Under the pieces are notes generated by a model. It saw only the letters and a list, made by a program, of their open reading frames with translations, was not told the DNA's origin and did no database searches. Both the position numbers and the translations under genes were made by a program. Shown in pieces: positions 55,400 through 64,000 of a stretch of 64,000 nucleotides of DNA (its first letter is position 1; every line of letters starts with the position of its first letter). Origin of the DNA: the human T2T-CHM13v2.0 reference genome, Homo sapiens. The stretch is taken from the NCBI RefSeq assembly GCF_009914755.1, contig NC_060935.1; one strand, given 5' to 3'.

Positions 55400-55868
55400 G
55401 TGTATAAATTTTAAATTAAATATCAAATTCATCTGTAACTACAATGGTTAGCATCATTACAAATGGCTCCTATATAAAAAAATATTACCAGTTTATAGAG
55501 TAAAGTAAGATTGTAAGATGCTTTAAGAAGTCAATCTGCAACACTTGTATTTGTTCTTTAAAATGCATTACTCTGCGACCCTTGTTAGGATTTCAGACAC
55601 CTGGATAAGCCCCCAAAAGTAACACAGCCTTTACAATAGTAACAAATAGTGGAAATCTGTGGCCTGGGACAGAAATCAATCCAGAGAATTCAGATCTTCT
55701 CTCTTCTCCATGATGTGCAGGGCGGAGGAGACTTTAACCTAGAGCAACATTGAAATCAGATGCAGACCCTTATCATGGGAGAGGTTGTCAAGCCCTCTCC
55801 TAATTGATGAAGGAGCTTATTGGGCAAGAGCCATGCATAGAAGGGATGATTTTCTTTGTAAAAAACTC

Positions 55869-56241
55869 TGCAGCCATAAAAAAGAATGAGTTCATGTCCT
55901 TTGCAGGGACATGGATGAAGCTGGAAACCATCATTCTCAGCAAACTAACACAGGAATAGAAAACCAAACACCATATGTTCTCACTCATAAGTGGGAGTTG
56001 AGCAATGAGAACACATGGAAACAGGGAGGGGAACATCATACACCGGGGCCTGTAGCAGGGTGGGGGGAAAGGGGAGCGAGAGCATTAGGACAAATACCTA
56101 ATGCATGCTGGGCTTCAAACTTAGATGATGGTTGATAGGTGCAGCAAACCACCATGGCACATGGATACTTATATAACAAACCTGCACATTCTGCACACAT
56201 ATCCCAGAACTTAAAAGTAAAATAATAATTGAAAAAAAAAA
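55869..56241 (+). mobile_element. L1PA8-like 3' end
   Basis: AGGACAAATACCTAATGCATGC...GTTGATAGGTGCAGCAAACCACCATGGCAC. TSD AAAAAACTC. Confidence 0.92.
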
Positions 56242-56604
56242 CTCCACGATTCCTCATCAGTGTGTGAGGAAGTAGAGGGGCTCATCAGGAAATCAGATAT
56301 AGAATTCATTTCTTGCACCAAAAATGAGAAGGAAAAATGATTAAACCAAGGGTCTCCCTGTTTTTGTCGCCACTACTCACTCATACACACACATACATAC
56401 ATGCACACTAACACTTCTGAGGATGGATGGCATTTCACAGTTGAAGAGTGTGTGGTTACTGAACTGCTTGGTAGTTAGTACCATATTCACGAGCTTCTGC
56501 AGAGGCAACCCAGACTGCCAAATGATAACCAAGTTTTTTATTCTTTGGTCTCAGCTTTTACTTATAGATAATAATCTTGTTTTATTTAATAGTTCTTTAT
56601 GTAT

Positions 56605-56900
56605 TTAATGATTTATTTGTTCATTCAATAGTGATTCATTGAGCATCTATTATTTGCCAGACATCCTCCGAGTTGATGGGCATACAATTATACTGCTTTC
56701 AAGAAGATATAGTCTTGAATAGAAAATATAACACTAGTCTATATTACTAAGCAGAAAATAACAAGTGACTTACAAGAAGTAGAGAGAAGTTGCTATGGAA
56801 GCTCTGAGAATGAGAAACAGGGAAGGTCTTTATGGTGTGTGCTATTAGAACAAAGAATAGAAAGGAGATATGTTGTCAGTTTTTTAAGAAGTAGGATGAT
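56605..56900 (-). mobile_element. L2 3' fragment
   Basis: TTCATTCAATAG...ATTGAGCATCTATTATTTGCCAGACA. Confidence 0.65.
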
Positions 56901-57349
56901 ATATGGTACTTAGGGCATAGCTCAAGTATATACACATCCATATAAAATCTGAGTCACTTACAAGGGGAATGATGATAGAAGAGAAATAGCCAAAGGCAAG
57001 AATGTTATAGTCACTTGACAATGGTCTTACTTGGTCTGGCAGGCTGAAAAATGTGAACTGAATACTAGGAAATAAAATAAAAGTAGTATCAATTATATTG
57101 CATTTTGGGAAAATTAACACAGGTCAATACACAAGGAATATGTTTTTTAATGTACATTTGTTTGAAAAATCAACTTACTTTTCTGGATCATTTAGGAGGA
57201 GAACATTGGGTGAACATAATCTCTGACATCTTACAATAATCATTCCTTTATCTTTAATATCAACTGGATTGGCAGGCTCATTCTCAACCCAGGCACTTCA
57301 TATTGAATCATCTATCATGTGTCTCATAGTACCTGTGTTTAAATGTGTT

Positions 57350-59000
57350 TATTTCTCTCTAAACAAGTTCTAATTGAGTATACTTCTAGGGTGCTAAATA
57401 CCATTCTGAGCTCTAGGATTTAGGGGTAAAAAAGAGACAGAAGAGTCTCTTTCCTGAAGGAATATTTTCAATTTGCAAATAAACATCTAATTGATATAAT
57501 CTAATTGATATACTAATTGATAAACACATTACAATATAACTTCAGATAGTATTTTTTTTAATGGCAGGATAAAGGCATTTATGAGGGCTGTTTTGAATGG
57601 GGGGGCTACAGAAGTGCTCTCTGAGTGAATGTAATTTGAGGAAGTCTCTGAATGAAGTGAGGGATCACGCCATGTAAAGATTTGAAGGCGGGAGTGGATA
57701 TTTTCTGCAGAGGAGCTAGCAAATGCAAAGGAGATAATATAGGGCCTTGGAGATCATGATTTTAGGATTGTAGTGTATGTGTGAAGGAAAGCTATTGGAG
57801 GATTCTTTGCTATTTTGACTGTAAAAGGAGTACTCCCATTGCTGTGTGAAGAATAAACTGTAGCAGGACAAAAGTAAAAGTACTTTGGAAAACCCTTAAT
57901 GCTGGCTCTCAATAAGATACAATTGTAAAGGATATGAAAAGTATTCTTCTTGTGTTCAGGAAATGTTCTGAAGCTTCAACTAACAGGACTTGTTCATGGG
58001 TTGGAATATGGGCCAGGAGGGAAAGAGAAATTGTACCTTTTTTTTGGCCTAAGCAACTAGGTGAATGTAGAGAGCATTTACTGAAATAGAGGAAGCTAGA
58101 AGTGAAATCAACTAGAGGGCAGGGTGTGGTTGTGAGAATTGTTTTTGATAAATTAAGTTTCAGGTAAGAAGTACCTATATACCTGGAGCTCCAGGGAGAA
58201 GTTGGAGATAGAGACATATCTGAGAGTAACTTAAAGCCATGGGTCAGGATGAGGTTACTCGGGAAGAGCGTTTAGTGGAGAAAAGGAGAGCAAGGAACAA
58301 ACTTGAGAAATACTAACATCTTTAAGGTCAGTAGGAAAGGGAGGAGGCAGAAAAGAAGACAGAGAAAAAAAAAAAGAGCAACGTGATAAGATAGCACCTT
58401 CTCTAGATGGAGAAGCCTAGAAGCCAGGTAAAAAAAGTGTTACAAGAAAGAACATGTGCCGTGATCAATGTTGTTGAGAGGCCAAGGAAGATGAGAATTG
58501 AAAATTGACCGTTTGGTGTTATAATCTGGATGTAGTTGGTGAACTTGACAAAAGATGGAGTGACATTGACAGAATGGCAGGGAATAAAGTGGAATAAGTC
58601 CAAAAAGAGACATTTAGGGCGAGGAAGTACAAATAGTGAGTATAAACCTCTCTTCTATGAGCTTTGCTATTAGGGGAATAAAGTTTTCAGGTGGTAAGCG
58701 GAGGGGTAGGTGTGTTCTTCTAGTGGACTATATATCACTGTATAAGATAGTGTGCTGCTGGGAATGACCACAGGCACGCTAGGGAGTGTCAACTTGATGA
58801 TGCATGAGAGAGAGGATATGACTGCAAGAGCAAAGGACTTGAGGAGTCTCAAGGAGATGAAGGTACAATGTTCAAGTTGTGGATTTGGCTTTTGTGGGAA
58901 CAGAGATGGTGCAGTCATTGCAACAGGAAGGAAGGTGGAGTATGGTCCCAATGGAAGGGAGGTTGGCGGATTGGGTGGTGGGAAAATGAAGTCCTTGTCT
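57350..59000 (-). mobile_element. Long L2 (L2a-like) fragment
   Basis: TGAATGAAGTGAGGGA...GCCATGTAAAGAT; TTTTGGCCTAAGCAACTAGGTG; AAGATGAGAATTGAAAATTGACC...TTGGTGAACTTGACAA. Confidence 0.8.
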
Positions 59001-59414
59001 TATTCAATGTTTAATCAGAGGATATACTGAAACATTTGCTCTAGAGAGAGCCAAAGAAGGAAATGAGCATATGCAATGTAGTCAGGAAAAATGCTCCCAG
59101 GCACATAGCAGCCCTATGTGAAACCCAGATACACAGTTCCTGGAAAACAGTGGGAGCAGATGGGACCAGCCTGACAGGCATCCTCCAGAGAGCAAGATGG
59201 AGGGATACCAGGGGAGCTCTTTTTAAGTAAAGGCTGACGTTGAGCCTGAGGCTGATTCACCATCTGCCAACAGGCTCTGCTGTGACAAACCAAAGGGCAA
59301 TCTTTCCAGGTCTGTGAAGGCAAAATGCTGATTCTAGAAAGTGTGTGTATGCGCATGTGTACTTGCATCCAAGGGTCTTGTGTGGGAAAGGCCGAGGTAC
59401 TCTGTCATCATGGG

Positions 59415-59550
59415 AAGAGAGGAAGACAGAGACTGGAGAGATTTGAGTTCTAGTTCCCTCTCTTTTCCAAACTTGTGTGTGATTTTGGACAAAACACAAA
59501 AAGTCCCCTGAACTTTTGAAACTCGGCTGTAAAAAATGATAATAATAATA
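59415..59550 (+). mobile_element. Degenerate MIR
   Basis: GATTTGAGTTCTAGTTCC...TGTGTGATTTTGGACAA...CTGTAAAAAATGATAATAATA. Confidence 0.55.
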
Positions 59551-60999
59551 AAATAAATAAGGGGCTACCCTGCAGCAAACTCCTCCATGAAACCAGCAGT
59601 CAAGACTCCATCTCTTTCAGGGATGTCTGAGTTCATCGGCCACAGTCCAGGCTTGTCACTCTATTCTTGACAATCACTGTGGTGATGTTTAAGGAAATAG
59701 GGTTGCTGGGCTTGTAGGGATCAGCCAAACCACAACACATGGCAAAGCATCGAGAGGAACAACCGTTTTGTGACAACTGTGCTAAAAACAAAACAACAAA
59801 ACAACCAAGTAGTAGAAAAAGCAAATTTCAGAGGAAGTTTCTTGAAATTAGGAAAAAGTTGTGGCATGCACACAGGTGTGGCATGCACACAAGGAAGGCT
59901 TCCTCCCCTACTGAAAGCTGCTCTCACTACAACAAACGAAAGGGTGGAAATGTGCTTCCACCACATTCACTGGCCATGAAACACAGGAAGAATGTTCAGG
60001 AAAAATGGGAACCTGTGAGCAAGTAAAGAAAACTTCCCTTCATACTACCAGGTTGAATGTGAACTTGAATTGCCCTGTCTTATGCTGGCATCATGTTCTT
60101 TTTCTGTTGCAAATTGTCTCAATTATAAAGGGAGTGGGGAGGACAGGCATGCAGAAAACTGGCTTTGAAGATCATCTCAGCCAGAAAATAACTTTGCCTT
60201 ATTTAAGACTCTACATGTATACAGCATTATTTTATTTATGTTTTGTGGTTCAGGGGTCCAAAAACTTCCAGATATTTCTAAGTACTTGAAAGCTAAAATG
60301 AAGCCAGGACAGACTAAACAGAAAACAGACTTTTTAAGTTTCTTCAGCCAGAATATTGAGGTTTTTCTATGAGAAACTATATAGAATTTAATTTTCCTCA
60401 ACTACTTAGGAATTTTTCCTCTTATTTTATTTCTTTAATTTTTTACTCTCTGTCATAAATTTCTTTTGATGCCAAATGAAATGCTGGAGAAAGATCAATA
60501 ATTTTGAGCTTACAGCATTTTATTGATCTTCTTTTCTCTTTTTTAATTTTTATTTGTCCAAAGGGGGAAAAAACAGAGGAAAGAGGTTAACAGGGGGGAA
60601 GGGGGGGAATCGTGATTTTTCTTTACTGTCCTTTTTTCCTTTCTAAAGTGTAGTTCAAACAAAAATTCTCCTGCCAAAGCTGTTAGTAATGGTGCAAATC
60701 AAAGCCTCTCCTTGCCTTGTTGGTAAAAGCAGGCATCCGACAGTTGGGTCCAAAGAACAGGCTTTCATTACAGAGGAGACCAGTGCTTTGCTAGCTTCAG
60801 AACACTCTGAGAGATAAGGGGATTTCAACTTGGACCCTTTTTTATTTTCTGTACCATTTAATTCTCAAACACATTCCAGAGCATCTTAAAGAGGTTAGGA
60901 TGCCATTAATGCCTTATTAAGGCGAATCATGTGATCTTTCTTGGAGGTGTTTAAAAGAAAAAAAGGAATTACTAAAAGAATTTTGATATAATGAATTTA

Positions 61000-61790
61000 A
61001 CATTTATGAGGCTCCTTCTATATTCCCAGAAAAGTACCAAAAATATTTCACTCTTATCATAGCAAAATCCCTGGGATAGAGATCACATGACCATGTGACC
61101 AATGAAATAGACTTCTGTCTTCCTGTCCCCGCTTCTGTCTACTCACCATCAATGTCTGCTTTCACTTTAGAGGTGAAAGCTCATGAGGTTTCTTTTAGAA
61201 ACAGGCAGTCTAGACCTAATGGCTGGAAGCCCTGATGCCATGTTTTCCTGATGGAAAGCACTGGGGAGTGACCTGTCCTGTTGGTAGGCAGTCACCAATC
61301 GGGCTCACATTCCTCTCATCCTGCTATGCACTGGCTTCTTTAACCAATTATGATTTGCTTATTGATCACCACAGTTGCAGTCTACAGCATTAAAATTATT
61401 TAGAGGTTCTCTCTCTGCACTCAAAGAGGTGCTAGAGTACTGGTTTCTCCCCTTTCACAAATCCAGTATTTCTTGGAGGATTATAATGATACCTATACAT
61501 GGTGCCTCCCACACCAGCCTCCCAAGTAGCTAGGACTGCAGGCACTTGCCACCTGCCTAATTTTTCTGGTTTTGTAGAGACAGGGTTTCACTACATTGCC
61601 TAGGCTGGTCTCAAACTCCTAGGTTTCCCAATGTGCTGGAATAACAGGCATGAGCCACCACCTTCAGCCTCTTTAGTTTCTAAAAGCACATGCCACCCTA
61701 ACTTTGAATCCTTCTAATAAACTCCCTTCTTGCTTAAGGAACTAGAGATGTATTTCCAATATTTGCAATCAAGGGTCTTAAACTAAGCAG
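61000..61790 (+). mobile_element. Old ERVL-class LTR (LTR33-like), interrupted by an AluJ fragment
   Basis: CACATGACC...GACCAATGAAAT near the start. 3' end TTCTAATAAACTCCCTTCTTGCTTAAG...TTGCAATCAAG...ACTAA. Confidence 0.5.
61515..61669 (-). mobile_element. AluJ fragment with internal deletion
   Basis: CAGCCTCCCAAGTAGCTAGGACT...GTAGAGACAGGGTTTCACTAC...ACAGGCATGAGCCACC. Confidence 0.88.
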
Positions 61791-62553
61791 CATAAAGTGC
61801 AAAGATAGAAAAATATTTACACATGAAGGATACAGGTTCAAAAGAGGTAAGCTCACTGGATGTTGGTTTCAGAACTGGTCTGGAAGCCAATCATAGATAT
61901 TCAGTGGTTGTTTGAGGAGATCTCTCATTGGCGTTGAGCTGAGGGTTGGCAGGAATGTCAGAACATGCTTCTTTGAACTGTCTCCATGCAGTCTCATTGG
62001 GCCATCTTCATTATTGTCTTGATCTTCACCTCCTGGAAATAAAAAGGAACCTTTCTCAATGTCCCCAAGACTTAGCGAAGTCCAGACCATACTGTGTTGA
62101 CCACATTTCATTTCTTTTGTCCTTTTTCTAGAGTGTCCTATGGGAGTTCTATTTTTACCCTATTCCCACTCCTCTGGTCAAGGGACTAACCCTTGACCAA
62201 TACCTTCCAGTCAAGGTTTCTCTAGGACCTATCTTTGGCCTTTTCTGAAAGCTAGTTGTTTCCTGTGGCAAGGCTCAGCTTTTCACCAGGAGCTCTAAGT
62301 CAGTATCTATAATTAAATTCCCAAGTGACTTTGAGTCTTTAGGTGGTGGGCATAATTTTGAACTGACCTTTTCTCTTATAGCCATAGTCAAAGAGAGATG
62401 CTCCTCATCCCTCAGTAGCAGTGCAATACGTCAGTTAAGAATACACAATCTAGAATGGGTTGCTTGAGTTCAAACCTTAGCCCTACCGCTTGGAAGCAGA
62501 AGAGAAGAAATGTCTAAATTTCTCTTCTGTAAAACAGGGACGACACTATAGCC

Positions 62554-62760
62554 CAGTAACTGGGAAACTTTTTCTAAAAGAATCAGATAATACATATTTT
62601 AAGCTTTGCAGCCAAGAGGTGAAATGGAGGATATTATATAGGTACTTATTTAACCATTAAAAAGGTAACCATTTAAAAATGTAAAAACTATTCCTAGCTC
62701 ACAAACCGTAGTAAAACAGGCAGCTATCTGGTTTCACAGGCTGTAGTTTGCTGACCTCTG
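62554..62760 (+). mobile_element. MER58C-like hAT element inserted in a MIR (MIR ~62425-62545 and ~62761-62850)
   Basis: AAACTTTTTCTAAAAG...ATATTTTAAGCTTTGCAGCCAAGAGG...GGCTGTAGTTTGCTGACCTCTG. MIR core on both sides. Confidence 0.78.
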
Positions 62761-63783
62761 AGGCTCATTTCATTAGATTGTTGTGAAAATTAAATCTGTT
62801 ACCATTTTCTAAGTTAGGAGATAATTCCCAACAGACAGTAAGCATTTAGCAAGAGTACTTCCCTGATTCCTTCTCTCGTGAATAAAATAAAATCAATTTA
62901 TAACAAGCAAGAAAAACATATGATTCTCTCTGGCCCATTTTTTAAGCTTCTCCTCTTGCCTTGGCACATCATGTGTAGTGCCTAATTTTAATAGTTTTAT
63001 CATAGGTTTGTGGTAACTCTAGCTCTCCTCCTTCTTTCAACAACAATTAATTGCTCTCCTGTCTCTCTTTTTCTAAAAAAAAAAATCTTATTTTATATTA
63101 TGTATGCATTAGGTTACCTCAAGTCTCCTTATTTTAAAATATGGATGTGGTCATCCGGGAGACCTTTACTAACCCTTAAAACGTTCTTTCTCACACACTC
63201 AATAACCTTGACGAAAACTTACTTACATGCCTGGGATTATATATCCCCTATCTGACTTTTGCCACTGTGAGTTGGTCATTATAACCAGAGAAATGACTAG
63301 TTTCCTGATTAGGGAGGTGCCACATAAATGAATAGGTATTTTAAGAAAGGTCACAGATGCATTTGTCTCTTAAATCTTATTTATTTGTGTAATCTTAAAT
63401 ATCTAGTTTCCATGTTCCTCTGTGACAGCAATTAACGTTCAATGACAGCGGTCAATCTTACATTTTTCTTACAAACACTATCTTCCCCAACTATTTCTAG
63501 GTAGGAAAAAAGTGCATCACATTATCAGACTGACCACTGGATCATCGGCAGGGGCAATTTCAAGTTATAGATATTGACCTTCCCCAAAATGAATAGTAGT
63601 TACTAGGGACAGAAATCCATGTGCTATCTCCTTGTCAGAGCATCAACCTCTCAGCGCCCCCTCCCCGCCTCCTTATTCTTAGCTGCAGGAATGCCAGGTG
63701 GCTCTGAATTTCTGTGGCTTCTGCAATGTTTCAGCCATGGTTTCAACAAGCAACAACAGTGAGACTGACTTCCAGAAGAGATG

Positions 63784-63925
63784 TATTTTATAGATGGAGA
63801 AATTAAGGCTCAGAGACGTGAAATGACTTAACTGAGGATGCTTTGAAGTTACTGAGTGGAGATGTAAATTCAATGCTATCTGGCCATGAAGCCCAAAGGC
63901 TAAGCTATTTTCGCTGTGCTATCCA
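63784..63925 (-). mobile_element. MIR fragment
   Basis: ATTTTATAGATGGAGAAATTAAGGCTCAGAGACGTGAAATGACTT. Confidence 0.75.
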
Positions 63926-64000
63926 GTCTCCCTCTAAAAACACTCACTGGGGCCAAGCACTAAGCTACTATTTTCCATGGTTAGCGGTTGAGCTCAGTGA

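Noticed and set aside
59739-60026. 95-aa basic ORF with CxxC
   Set aside because: No recognisable domain or splice structure. Lys-rich because of A-rich composition, and length is within chance expectation.

Overview
Primate (almost certainly human) non-genic or intronic DNA, roughly two-thirds interspersed repeats. I can support no intact protein-coding exon, tRNA/rRNA gene or CpG island. All ORF-track entries are transposon remnants or chance ORFs. Main content: an MSTA-type LTR inserted in a Tigger1 (1-1623); a ~15 kb minus-strand nest of L1/Alu/MaLR elements (6.5-22.4 kb); a second L1MA nest (31.5-36.5 kb); a minus-strand HERV-H provirus (42100-47452) with 5' LTR7, tRNA-His PBS and splice donor but no 3' LTR; plus many Alus, L2s, MIRs and MER58s. 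Most unusual observations: (1) an AluY with an inverted 5' segment inside one 15-bp TSD, matching twin priming (55096-55412); (2) the single-LTR HERV-H, whose TATA box and SOX-like motif are mutated; (3) several small repair scars (orphan Alu tail at a microhomology junction, a 21-bp copy from 1.55 kb away, double fold-back hairpins). Subfamily names come from recalled consensus sequences, not an alignment run, and boundaries of old repeats are approximate. I found no evidence of a wholly new biological system.
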